DNA of 63,457 nucleotides, the filler included, from Choristocarpus tenellus KU-1152 (taxonomy: Eukaryota; Protista; Phaeophyceae), in assembly GCA_964200185.2 (NCBI GenBank). It is 12 parts of 12 records of this genome, joined end to end, with 100 filler letters (N's around TTAATTAATTAA, not from the genome) between each part and the next. Parts side by side here need not be neighbours in the genome. Positions count along the whole stretch, not along the records: positions 46,263 to 51,824 come from CAXNAD020010417.1; positions 51,925 to 58,874 come from CAXNAD020006990.1; positions 58,975 to 63,457 come from CAXNAD020014354.1; 9 more parts are not named here. One strand, 5' to 3'. Within the stretch, counting starts at the first letter, position 1. Every line of letters begins with the position of its first letter. The notes under the pieces are model-generated. The model searched no databases. It was not told where the DNA came from and saw only the letters and a program-made list of their open reading frames with translations. The position numbers were made by a program, and so were the translations under genes. Shown in pieces: positions 51,789-63,457 of the stretch.

Positions 51789-51800
51789 CAAACACCCCCC
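51591..51800 (+). mobile_element. MITE family B copy (poly-G/poly-C-containing)
   Basis: gactcaaagtatctggggggg...gtccattcg...gtagactcg(C)n; homologous to 61671-61840. Confidence 0.8.
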
Positions 51801-51924
51801 AAATAAAATACTGGACAGATGATANNNNNNNNNNNNNNNNNNNNNNNNNNNNNNNNNNNNNNNNNNNNTTAATTAATTAANNNNNNNNNNNNNNNNNNNN
51901 NNNNNNNNNNNNNNNNNNNNNNNN

Positions 51925-52161
51925 GGGGCTACACCAGGGTATCCATTTGGACCAAAATCAGGTAAAGTACATTTACATTATCCATCCGACGTATTCAACC
52001 AAACCACACAAAAATCGCGACATAAAAAAATTGTCCCCAAATGGACAGCTGCCACCCCTCCGAGATACTTTGAGTCATAGATAATGTAAGTGTACTTCTC
52101 CTGGTCAGGGCCCGAATGGACACCCTAGAGTAGACCCCCCCCCCACCAAATACTTTGAGTC
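51925..52161. mobile_element. Family B copies, inverted copy (51925-52077) followed by the 3' half of a forward copy (52078-52161)
   Basis: Two ...atactttgagtc termini; internal homology to 51591-51800 in opposite orientations. Confidence 0.75.
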
Positions 52162-53596
52162 AATGCTACTTCGAACAGGCTTGAGCATTGGAAGGACCAC
52201 ATCTGTACCTACCCCTTGGTTGGTACAAGTTCGTCTGACTGAAATACCTATGTGTGAGTGAAGAGAGCTTAAGTCAAGTGTTGTCCAGATTAGCCATTTT
52301 CCCATTTCGGTCCAATAACCAGTATTGCTGGGTGTGTATTTCAAATTCTTTCCTTTCAAAGCCTAGATTGGTAGCCTTCCCAGATCATTTTCCATACAAA
52401 GGTACAACCCTGCAAATGCTGTCAATGAATAAACATCAAAGAATCATGTCAGCAACTATCTCAACACATACACCAATTTTTCAAACAGTATGGGCCTACA
52501 TTGGCATGTGCTATAGCAGTATCTATGAGGACCTGTTCTTCCCTCCTATGAGAGCCTTGTGCTTTAGAGTTCACATGCCGGGCCAGGCCTTTCTCCTTCT
52601 TTCCAAACCCCAGCAGTACAGACAAGGATAAACCGCATGATGAGACTGATGAGCAATGTCATGACAAGCTGGAATTGCACTTGCACTACGTCTGTTGGAT
52701 GACCGGAAACCTTGCTATGAACCTTTCTGCCCAATTCCAACTATTTGAAACGTTTTTGTTATTCCAAGCACGATACTCCTGGTGGGATACACATTCTATC
52801 AAAACCCTGGGATTCGGTTATTTCCTCTGTATACTGGATTGTCTACGTCTCTACTGAGGGGAGACATAACACAACATAAAATTTGGGCATCCCGGCACCT
52901 TGGGTTGGCATTCATGCTGTGCAGCTACATTCAGCTCAGCCTTCGTTGGAGGAGATGGGTGTTGGACAACGAAAAAGGCGGCACCCCGCAAGAGTTTCCC
53001 TATTGGCTCATTGGGCCCACCCCAGGCGCTGGTATCATTCATCATGACCTGTTCAATTTAATTTGTGTCAGCCCAAGCGTTGCATTGCAAATCCTTGAAG
53101 GTGTGTGAGTTGAAAATTAGCGGTTGTCAAGAAACCCATAACATCCATGGGCCTAGGTCTGGCATGCTCCAGCATGCATGACATACTTTGAAGCATCTTG
53201 GAATACTTACTTTCTTGGGGCATTGATTTGTTTAAATGGAAAGCATTATCCAGCAAACTCTTACTTCAAGGGTTTCTATTCTTTGCATAATTTTCAATAA
53301 TGTTGAATTTTCTTTACGCATCCCTGGGGATATACTTGTTGGTAGAGCCTAATCGATGATGAGGGATTGGTTATGGATGATCATTGCAGGGGTATGTATA
53401 CAGCAGTAAACCGCAAGATCTGTGATGAAAATATTGGATCCTTTGTCCCACAAAAGAGAAAAATCGTGTAAAATGTATCTCATACTTTGAAGTAGCTTAC
53501 ACTGTGACCAAAGTAGTGCATGGTGGTCATATTTCCCAGTTTCTTTAAGAGTTCTACACAGCCATACACTCTGGACAATTTATTTTTGCTTGAATT

Positions 53597-53853
53597 GAGT
53601 GAAAGTATCTTAGAGGGTATGAGTTTTTGCATGTTTGTCCATTTAGGACTTGGCTTCTCATGGGTTATTTAATAACATTTACCTACTCCGAAATGTTTCA
53701 GAGTAAGTGAAATGTATACAGTATGAAAAGGTTTGTCTAGAACATGGATATTGACACTTCCTAACAAACACGATAGCCAAATTACATCAAATTCGAAACA
53801 TTGGATTTTGCCCCCAAATGGACGCCGCTCTACCCTCTAAGATACTATGACTC
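53597..53853 (+). mobile_element. MITE family A copy
   Basis: Full-length; flanked by att/att. Confidence 0.92.
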
Positions 53854-56800
53854 ATTCCCTTACCCACTATTAGAACATCAAATGGCGATATCTAGTATCA
53901 CAATAATCCAAGAATGGAAATTAAAGCAAAATGTAGTGATAAAATGGAAGACTCTTGTTCTTGGTCATTGACTATGTGCGTGCATATACGAAGTAGTTTG
54001 ATTGCTGAAAATCTGAAACTCAGCTCAATCATACCTATACTCACCCACCCGTCTACATCCCCCCATATATATGGTACTCATCACAGTCGAAGTTTACAAA
54101 GTGTTGGCCCCAGCTACAGTTATTATCATGGCTTTGCAACAACCACGCTAGAAATGGGATTTGACCCTTGATTCCAGTCCTGCAGTTTCAAGGGCTGCAG
54201 ATGTTTGTCTCTGTCAACCACATAACTAGAGTTCTGTCAACTTATCCACTGATATATACAGCATTTGTTAGCCCCAAGCTCTCTAACACATCCCAGTAAA
54301 CTGTAATCACTACCCACCTCATAAAGTTCTCGTGCAGTTGGAGTCATTCCATTAAAGAATTTACCATACTCCTCACACATTGCATCCTCTATTCGTCGGG
54401 TAATGGACCAATTAGGAAGCGGTCGACCTTGATGGTCAGACAATTCGTTTCTGCTGATTCCCTCCCCCTTGTCCGTAGAGAGGATTCTATTACCACTGAT
54501 GGATATCTCCTTGGGTACTTCTTTGTTTGATATATCTTCCTTTGACACATCTTCCTTTGAATCAGCTTCAGGAGGGCAGTATCTTCTATAGAGATTGTCA
54601 AAAGAATAGCTCTTTATATCAACAAACACCTGTTATGGGTCAAGAGTGTCGAAGCATATTGGCTGTATGTTTGCATGTGGAGGAGGTTTATTCTCAAGTG
54701 ATCTCGGCAGATACCCCCAGGACCTCAGGGACAGTTCTCTCCTCACCTGGGGATCAAAATTTACCTTGAAACATGTAGCACGCTGCCCTCTGGAAACCTT
54801 AACCGTGGTTTAATTATATATGTGGTGCAATGCAGTCTGTACTGCGTCTCATTCATTGTTGACAAGTCTCAGCCAATGAGGTGGGTCTAAGAACTAGGCC
54901 CAGCGTAGATGCTGTGTAGACACTAAGGCAAAGGCACGTCATTCGTCCAATCCCATCTTTACCTTAGCCTTTTCATCCCAACGACGCTTTATCACGCTGC
55001 TATGTGGCTTGAAGCATTTGTCGGGTTGTGCAACAATCTTGCGTGGGTCGTACCCATCATCCCCAACTCCCCCTTGCCCACTATCTCGATGTGGAAGACT
55101 AGGACCTGTTATCATCTTGCTTTTTTTCTCTTTTACTGTTTGCATTCCGCGAACATGGTGTGCCCTATCCATTTGCTTCCTAAGGATCTTCCTTGAGCCC
55201 CAAGACAGGCGTCCTGCTGGGGATGGAATGCCCCTTATGTCATGTACAAGGGTGTTGCTTGCAGACACCACAGAACTGGGTGCGCCTACAGCTTTTAGAA
55301 TGTACACTAACTTGGAAGGTGGCATGAGCTGTCGGACAATGCTAAATCCTCTGGAACGGAGAGATGCAGCAACAGGGCTGGATGCCTGCCTGCACTCCTC
55401 CTCGTGACAGATCTTCATCAAAGAAGGAGGAAGCTCAATGTACCTGAGAATAGAGGTGGTGCGGGAAACATGATCGGGGTGAGGGAAATGAAAATTTTGG
55501 GAAAGCTAAGCAGTTCTACCTTCCTTAGATCTTTGAGCAGACATACTGATTGACTTGATCAAACACCAAGCTGACCGCTGACAACGTTCATCAACTATGT
55601 TCATGTTATTTCTACCTTTGAAATGCCTCTTCGTGTGATGTCCCTTCCGGCATTGTTTTGGGAATGTAACCCCTCAGGAAGGCCGCCATGCATAACCTTT
55701 CAACAGTGTCATCCAGGCCAGATGGGAGGTCGCGTAAAACAGAAGACCCCGGGAAGCGTGAAGCACTGTTTTTGCTCAGCCCTCGTTTGGCTCTCTCCAG
55801 ATCCCAGCTCGCCTCCCATGATGTTTCATCACTTCTCTTGTCCTCTGATTGATTGACTGAATGGGTGGATAGCTTTCCACAAGTATTTAATCGGGATCTA
55901 AGATCGGTATCAGGTGACGTTGCTGAACCTTGATCCGTGCATAAGAATGTGGAGCCCAATCCCCTTGGACTGTGTATACTACCCACTCCATATTTTTTCT
56001 TTTGCCTTAAGATGATGGCCTCATTGTTGAACCCTGAAGTGAGAGAGGAAAAAGATGCCCAAGTTGTGTGCGCTGATGAAGAGTTCCCACCTAACTGGGT
56101 CCGATTTGTTCCACTGCCTGTGCTGTTGAAATGTTTCTTCCTCCAGTTGATGACTGTATCTCTTTCCCTCCCAACGCAGCTGCTACTTTGGCAGGGTATC
56201 TGTTGATGGCCTGAACAAGCACTCTGGTGAAGAGAAGATATGGTCCTCGGCTTCAGGTTGGTTCCATTTGTTGCAATATCATCTTCGCTTCCCACCATTG
56301 ATGACTGGCGTAAGTGGCGCCCACATTTCTTGGTCAAAGGTGCTCCTTCTGTTGAATGCTTATGTTCAATCCTTCCTGTGGCCAACCTAGCATGAGCTGG
56401 CATGGTCACTCTCAAGAAAGCTCCAGGTAGAGACCAAGCAATGCAGGGGTTGAGGTACCTTGAGATTCGGGCATGAGGCAACAGAGGAGATACAGCGTGT
56501 GATTGCTGAACTCTTCAGAGCAAAATATTGTGGAGAATGCTGGTCACCATCAACTCTTTGAGTGGTGACCTTGCAACTGACGGTTGATGCAATCAACGAA
56601 ACCTGCAATTAATCTCAGATCAACTGTCTCTATGGGATGTAACACCTTTGGGCAAGCCTCAGCATCTTATTTTCCTCCTTTGCTGAAACTCCAGCAGGTC
56701 CTTCTCCTGCTGGATTTCGGGGACAAAGGCGCTTCTCCTGTGAACGTGTATGAACCCTAATTCCATGGTATAAAACATTGTTTGTGAAGTTATCCCATGC

Positions 56801-56920
56801 CCTGGTAAGGTCCTCATCCCTTGCTTCGACAACCTTAGAGAAAGAAAGATATGCCATAGGGGTGCAGAGAAGATGATGTAGGGGATAATGTATTATCCTT
56901 TCTTATCATCAGTGGTATCT

Positions 56921-57179
56921 GAGTGGAAGTATCTTAGAGGGTACGAGTTTAGACCTGTTTGTCCGTTTGGGGCTTGGCTTCCCATGGGATTTTTTATGAC
57001 ATTTTCCTACTCAAAAATGTTTTGGAGTAGATAATATGTATACGTTATGAAAAGGTGTGTCCGGAACAAGGATGTTGACACTTCCTAATGAACACGATAG
57101 CCAAAATTACATCAAAATCGCAACATTGGATTGTCGTCACCAAATGGACGTGGCTCTACTCTCTAAGATACTTTGGCTC
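56921..57179 (+). mobile_element. MITE family A copy with 4-bp TSD ATCT
   Basis: atct|gagtggaagtatcttagaggg...ctctaagatactttggctc|atct. Confidence 0.93.
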
Positions 57180-58758
57180 ATCTTTGATCCCTCAAAGTAT
57201 CCCAAGAAAATGCATCAAATCCATGTTGTGCGTTCTACACAGTACTGCTACAGAGGCAGCTCATTTTGAAGCATTGATGATAGGTGAAAGAGTGACTAAA
57301 GTACCTTGAATGTAATCTTCAGCCTTTTTTACTCCCAGGAATACATTTTAGTTAGGGCTAACATCATTTTCAAGGGATGAAGTAATCAAGGATCAGATAA
57401 TAGGTCAAGTATTGAGTATTTAACTCCTCTGCAACTTAGTGGTATTAGCACACTCATGGAGGGCCATTATAAAAGTGGCTTACTCTCTGAGGGGCTCAGG
57501 CCTACCTTCCGAACAAAACTGGCTGCCATACTGTCCTCCATCGTTTGCATGTCATCAATCACCCTCTCATATCTTCGGTAGTTCTCATCCACCTGTTACA
57601 TCAACGTTGAAGACACAGAACATGACCATTTTCAGCAGTTGAGCAAGGAAGACAGAAGTTAGGCATGTACGAAACAAGAATGGGTCTCAATGATATGTTA
57701 TTCAGGTATTTCTTGGAATGGGTGTGGTAGTGCCCCCAGTGCTAGTAGTATTCCTAATCCTCTCACCTTTTGCAGGAAGACCCATATATCTCCATGGCAC
57801 ATGAGCTCATCTGCTAGCTTGCTCACACGATCTGTAAGGTTGAGCTCCACCTTCTTAGCGACCCCCACTCTCCTACCAACCCAACCACGAACATATCTGC
57901 ATAGCGGAAAGGTTGGAGAATGATGGAACACATGGATTAGAGGTCTGTGTGCGGTCAAGGGGCACTACAGGGGGAACCCCTGCTAGTTTTTGAAGCAAGC
58001 AAGGACTTCAACAGTCACATATTGTTCTAAGTAATATGCAGAAACAGAAGTAATGCTAACAAATCCTACAGTAGATGACATACAGATAAGTGGAGGTGTA
58101 CTTCAAATGATAGAGCTGACACATCCCTACACTCACCTCTGGATTGTGAGTGCTGCCCAACCACAGACTGCTTTGCTTCTTGCCCACTGTGCTTCCATGG
58201 TAGTATTTACCACCTTTGAGCGAGTCCTATACCCCCGAAAGACTCGTTGAATATCTATTGCCTGCCCCATGTCGATGGAGTCCCCAAAAATCGATTTGTT
58301 ACATGGATATTACGGACAAGGTGCAGACCTTCATGTTAAAACAAATGGAGTTTGCCGTAGACAAAATAACCATCTCCAGGTATCGATTATTTCGTTTAGT
58401 GTTGTTCTACTGCGAGTTGGGGATAGAAGAGTAATTGCCATGAGGGTTCACATGACTTAGCATATCTTCGGCGTGTCACCAAAAAGGGCAATGCCGATTT
58501 TGTTAGGGATCTTCTATATTTCGGGTGTTTTTTAGTACTACGAAGAGTACGTCACATGCTTCAAAGGTCTATGCGAGTAAATGCGTCACTTCAAAAATTT
58601 CTCTTCCAAGGACTAGACGCCTCAAAGAACATTTAAGCATCTGCGTACATTAAATAGAGGCTCTATCAGTAGAGATGTTCAGGGGGGTGTTTGTTGGGCA
58701 GTAACACACACACTTACTCCGGCATCATGACTCCACAACATCTCGGGTCAAAGTATCT

Positions 58759-58809
<51 letters not shown>

Positions 58810-60139
58810 ACAACTACCACCCCCCCCCCCCCCCAAAACCGCTTGTCGTCTTTCTTTTATAAAAAAAAAAAAAANNNNNNNNNNNNNNNNNNNNNNNNNN
58901 NNNNNNNNNNNNNNNNNNTTAATTAATTAANNNNNNNNNNNNNNNNNNNNNNNNNNNNNNNNNNNNNNNNNNNNGCGACGGGCTGGTCCATGGGTCCACC
59001 CTGTTAAAAAGGTCCCTGGGCATGGACTCGAATATGTTAGAACATTTTATTTATGGCCGGTCAGGTACCATATTTTGACACTCAGACTAGCTACATTGCG
59101 ACCATTCCTCCCACTTTACTCTTCTTCAATCTTGGATCCTATACTACTGCAAGTGCTAAGTATAATATATAGTAATATTGTTACAGCACGCTCCAGAAGC
59201 TTACTTCCACAGGATGAATAGCTCCAATCAACAGGCCTATAGATGACGGTGATGTCTGTACAAGCCTCCTCAGGTACTCTGACAGTCGACTGATCCAATG
59301 CAGGTTGATGTACATCAGGTCAGCAGAACAGGGGTACTTTTCTCGATCGCCAGTGCATATTGCATCGGAATCAAAGAAAAGTGCTGAGAATGGATTGATT
59401 GTGCTATACTCTTTTATTTCTTTTATCAGCTGCGTTTTATTTGTTTTGGTTTACAGAAGTTGGAATACATCTGAAAACCGTTGCATACATTCCCAAGTTA
59501 GAGATCTTACTCTGAAACCTTTAACAAATCGGAGTTCCTCTTTACAAGGTTTCCCATGTGTGTATACTGCTCGCGCTTGTTAGAACGTGGGAAGAAATAC
59601 TAGCGCTAGTCGCCTGTAACAATATATAAAAAATAAATACAAAATTCTGTCCTATTTTCTATTTTCTATTTTCTATTTTACTATTTAGACTATTCTAATT
59701 CAATAGTTAATTAGCCAAGGTAAGCAAGAGGTACTCAGTTTTTTGTTGTTGTTCGTTTTAAGCCATTTTTATTTCATCTCTCACAACTCTCACTTTATTT
59801 CTATGGGTGGAGTGGTATAGATTGACTTGACAACATTGATTTCTGTGCTAGAACGTTTTTATGACTTCTTAATGGATCAGCTTATTAAAAAGGACTGGCA
59901 TATTGGTTGGACCAATCCCACAATTATTTAGCATATCTCAGTCCATGTCTACTAGATATTGAACCGGTCCGTGTCCATGTCCAGACCGGTCCCATAGTTA
60001 TTTGACATGTCCTGGTCTATGTCCACCAGCTAAACAGTCAAACTGGTTCCCTTGCATGTCCGGACCATGGCCACCGTCCATTAGTTCGATTTTTCTCTGG
60101 CATGTCCGTACCATGTCCAGTATGTGTTACGACATTCAC

Positions 60140-60946
60140 ACACACACGAAGATAGCCAACAATATACTTAACACGACAGCACACTCCAAGAGGGAAACGC
60201 CTGCACCAACTATGCAAGGGGATGGGCATCCCTTGCACTATGGAGGACGGAAGCCCTTTCACAGTGGACAGGAATCTCCGCATGGATCTGGTGTTCCATG
60301 CAGGGGCGCTGGCGGACACTAGAACAGCCCCCTACAGGGACAAAGGCCTTCTACTTGATGTCACATACGCAGAGGTACAGGCAACCTCCCACCTCACCAA
60401 CTCATCCACCGACGATGGTGTAGCTGCTGCTGCAGCCAAGGCGCGAAAGCGCACCCGCTACGAGGGCCCTTTTGATCCTCGTAGTTATAACCTCAACACC
60501 TTCGCGGTGGAAAGTTTTGGGCGCCTCGCTAAGCAAGTGGAATGCTTCCTGGATGAGCTGGCTGCTCACATGGTAGGGGGACGAGGGGCGGGTGGTTATA
60601 GCAGGAAAGGAGTAGTTAAATCCCGGCTTTGCCAAATTGTCTCGGTGACTACACAAATGGCACTGTCCAGACGTGTCATGCGTTTTAACCTGGAATCACC
60701 AAGAAGATGGGCACGGAGGGTTTTATTGGATCCTTGGGATGCCTCCCTAGATCCTCCTACTGGTGCATAGGTATAGATAGATTGGAGACACAGAAAGGAA
60801 GTAGTACAACATAGTGGTGAAGTAACAAATGGATTAGTCCTTCACATTTAGGACATTTCTTTAGGGCTTATACTGACAATGTGCATAGTTTTCATTGGTT
60901 TCCCCCTGACACATCTCCAAAATGTCAGCGGGCATAATAATAAAAA
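60140..60946 (+). mobile_element. 5'-truncated CRE/SLACS-type non-LTR retrotransposon, restriction-like endonuclease domain (ORF 60222-60770) + 3'UTR
   Basis: RMDLV...LLLDVT...AAAAAKARKRTRY...TFAVESFGRL is the PD-D-like C-terminal RLE of early-branching LINEs; ends with a cataataataaaa tail. Confidence 0.85.
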
Positions 60947-61374
60947 TATATTTTGTATTAAATTCACAATCTTAATATCCCAAAAAAACTACAGAAAACA
61001 TAGAAATACCACTCTATAAAATCTTTTAGAAAAAAGGCTGTACCTATATAAAAAAGTCTATATAAGAGAAAATGGCATATAAATAGGTTTAGGGTATAAA
61101 TCATGTTATCATGGCTTTTCACTCTATAAGAGGGGTTTCGGAGTTTTCCTCCCAATTCTCTCTTAAGTCGAGGAAACTTCCATCTTTTTTCACTACACGA
61201 CTGAGGGGTTTCTCAAAACGTCACGTCTAAAGTTAAGCAAAATATAACAAAGGCACAAAGTTCCTCAAGACCAGCAGTACACAACATGGCTGTCTTTTGT
61301 CCCTCAGTACTGCACAGTAGAGTATATCAGATCAAGGGTGAGATGACTGCATTATACAGATACAATGATTGCCT

Positions 61375-61670
61375 GTGCAGTGGGATCCAGCTGCAACGTA
61401 CGGGGTAATACTCCTGGTCCACCACACGATACATGCCATGTCGTGTTTGTAGCGGCTATCTTCATGACATTTGCGGCGTCGTGGATCCTTTTGGTGCCAG
61501 CAAAATGAAACTCGTGTGCAAATTGTGCGTGAGCCCCACCAAGCGCAAGGCTTTGAGTCCTCCTGCTGGTGACAACTCAGCGTTGAAGCGCCATGATAAC
61601 AAGAACAAGGGCAAGGGGAAGGTGCTGCCAAATATATTTACGGAGAAAGCCGCGTCCTACAAGCCTCGCA
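61375..61670 (+). pseudogene. Degenerate PHD-like Cys/His zinc-finger ORF interrupted by a family B MITE
   Basis: CAVGSSC...(frameshift) PCRVCSGYLHDICG...VCKLC followed by a basic KRK segment. Confidence 0.45.
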
Positions 61671-61840
61671 GTGCCGATATCTGGGGGTTGTGGTGGCTGT
61701 CCATTCGGGGCCCATTTTTCCATGTCGTTATTTTGGGGTGACTTGGTTGTATGCGTTGAATGCATAATGTAAGCTCACTTCTACTGGTCAGGGCCCGAGT
61801 CGACACCTTGGTGTAGACCCCCCCCCAAATCCTTTGAGTC
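61671..61840 (+). mobile_element. MITE family B copy
   Basis: gatatctggggg...gtagacccccccccaaatcctttgagtc. Confidence 0.8.
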
Positions 61841-62212
61841 ATAAACGTGTTGTGCTGTATAGTTGGTGTGTGGTGTCCAAAAGCTACCTCTCACAGTTAC
61901 GCTGTACAGTATTGAACTGTGTAGTCTGCTGCAGTAGTACAGCATAGTAGTGTTGAAACCTGATTTCGTATGAGTTTTGCATTGCTATAATGTGTCTGGT
62001 TTGTGACGAAGAGGATCATAGTGAAAAATGCACTGATGAATTTGTTCTGGTAGGTCTGATCGCATGTTTTACTCAATCAGACAATGTTCGATGTGAAAGT
62101 AGGTTTGGTTGTGCTATGATTAACACGTTCAGAAGCAGGGATGTGTCATAGTACAACAAGACACCTGCGGATTCGGTTTGGTGCATCTGAAGGGATGTTT
62201 TACTCAATCAGA

Positions 62213-62468
62213 GATTGAAAGTATCTTAGAGGTACAAGTTTTGTCCTGTTTGTCCGTTTGGGGCTTGACTTCCCGTAGGTTTTTTTTTAATTTTCCCACT
62301 ACATTTTTTTTCGGAGTAGGTAAATTGTATGCATTATGAAAAGGTGGTACCAGAACAAGGATATTGGCACTTCCTAATAAACACGATAGCCAAAATTACA
62401 TCAAAAACGCAACATTGGATTTTGGGCCCCAAATGGACGCGGCTCTAACCTATAAGATGTTTTGACTC
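62213..62468 (+). mobile_element. MITE family A copy
   Basis: Full-length; flanked by aga/aga. Confidence 0.92.
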
Positions 62469-63290
62469 AGACTTCGGTTGAAGTGAAATGTGTTCTGGTA
62501 CGCCTGTGACATGTTTTATTCAGAGCAGACTAGTATTGATAGAGAGTGTGTGGTCATTCGTTGAGATGCTCAAATGAAGAAATTCATCCTCTGTGAAGAG
62601 GCTTGTCACCTTGGCTGAGAAGGATTTCGAAGGATGTTTTAAACCCTGTTTTTATTGCATCCTGGCGTGTGTCTTATACGTGTTGCAGAGTGAACAGGAT
62701 GTCTTACAGGGGGCAATGCCAGTCAAGTAAAAATAAGAATCAACACATGCTATGCAACTGATAGCTTGCATGAGAAAGGAGAAGTAACAAGAGGAAGAAA
62801 GAAGAAGTCAAGCTTGAATCCATATCTAAGGTAACTACTAACACACATAGTATGCCTGTTCCTATACTTCCTATATACTGTGATCTTTTGAGTGAGTTGT
62901 GATGATGAGCTACTGAGCTACGGATGTAAACGGGAATAGCGATACCATCGCAATGGACAAATCAACGTTCAATATGGACTGGCGATGCCGTATCGTATCA
63001 AAGCAAATCGAATGAGTAGCCTACGTTTTAACAAGTAGTCTAGTACTTACTGTACTGCATCCGTTCTTGTCGATTTGGGTCCCTCTGCCAAATTTTTATA
63101 CATCTTTGATTCGTATCATAATCCATTATGAAAGGTGGAACACCTTGCTTCACTCGGTGTCCACCCATACTATTCTATTTTTCACAATGCGGCACTGCAT
63201 CTGCAAGTGTGTCTGCCAACACTCAACATTAAGCAATTTTGTATTGCCCATCCTCCCGTCAATGTAATGCCCACCCGCCATCCCATAGGT

Positions 63291-63457
63291 GAGTGAAAGT
63301 ATCTTAGAGGGTAAGAGTTTTGCCCTGTTTGTCCATTTGGCTTCCCTCGGGTTTTTTTTGACATTTTCCCACTCCAAATAATTTCGGAGTAGGTAAAATG
63401 CATATGTTATGAAAAGGTGTGTCCGGAACAAGGATATTGACACTTCCTAACAAACAC
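63291..63457 (+). mobile_element. MITE family A, 5' part (cut by window end)
   Basis: gagtgaaagtatcttagagggta... with the internal hairpin. Confidence 0.92.

Noticed and set aside
1-63457. CRISPR-like array of the repeated palindromic element, or of the 207-bp and 350-bp repeats
   Set aside because: Copies are kilobases apart with TIRs and TSDs (MITE), the tandem arrays lack unique spacers, there are no cas genes, and the context is eukaryotic.

Overview
Eukaryotic genomic DNA, not prokaryotic. The window is 12 separate contigs joined by artificial 100-bp spacers (N44-TTAATTAATTAA-N44), so adjacency across spacers has no biological meaning. Long microsatellite-rich spliceosomal introns, interstitial (CCCTAA)n and the TE content suggest a stramenopile such as a brown alga (inference only). 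Host genes include a multi-exon formin (FH1+FH2), a GYF-domain gene, a degraded ankyrin-repeat gene and some unassigned exons. Mobile elements include a degraded Ty3/Gypsy element, a Copia RNase H/3'-LTR remnant nested in a TIR DNA transposon, three 3' ends of a CRE-like (RLE) LINE, and two or three related MITE families with GAG...CTC-type ends (about 9 copies of a ~255-bp family). The most notable observation is that two independent contigs each carry an intron-containing ParB/Sulfiredoxin-fold-like gene (motifs VLDGNHR and CLNGQHR) with a large-unit tandem array (~207 bp and ~350 bp) on its 5' side. One of these genes is paired head-to-head with a Myb/SANT-like gene. This is a candidate undescribed mobile element or ParB-plus-repeat system. 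All domain calls are by eye and no database searches were run.
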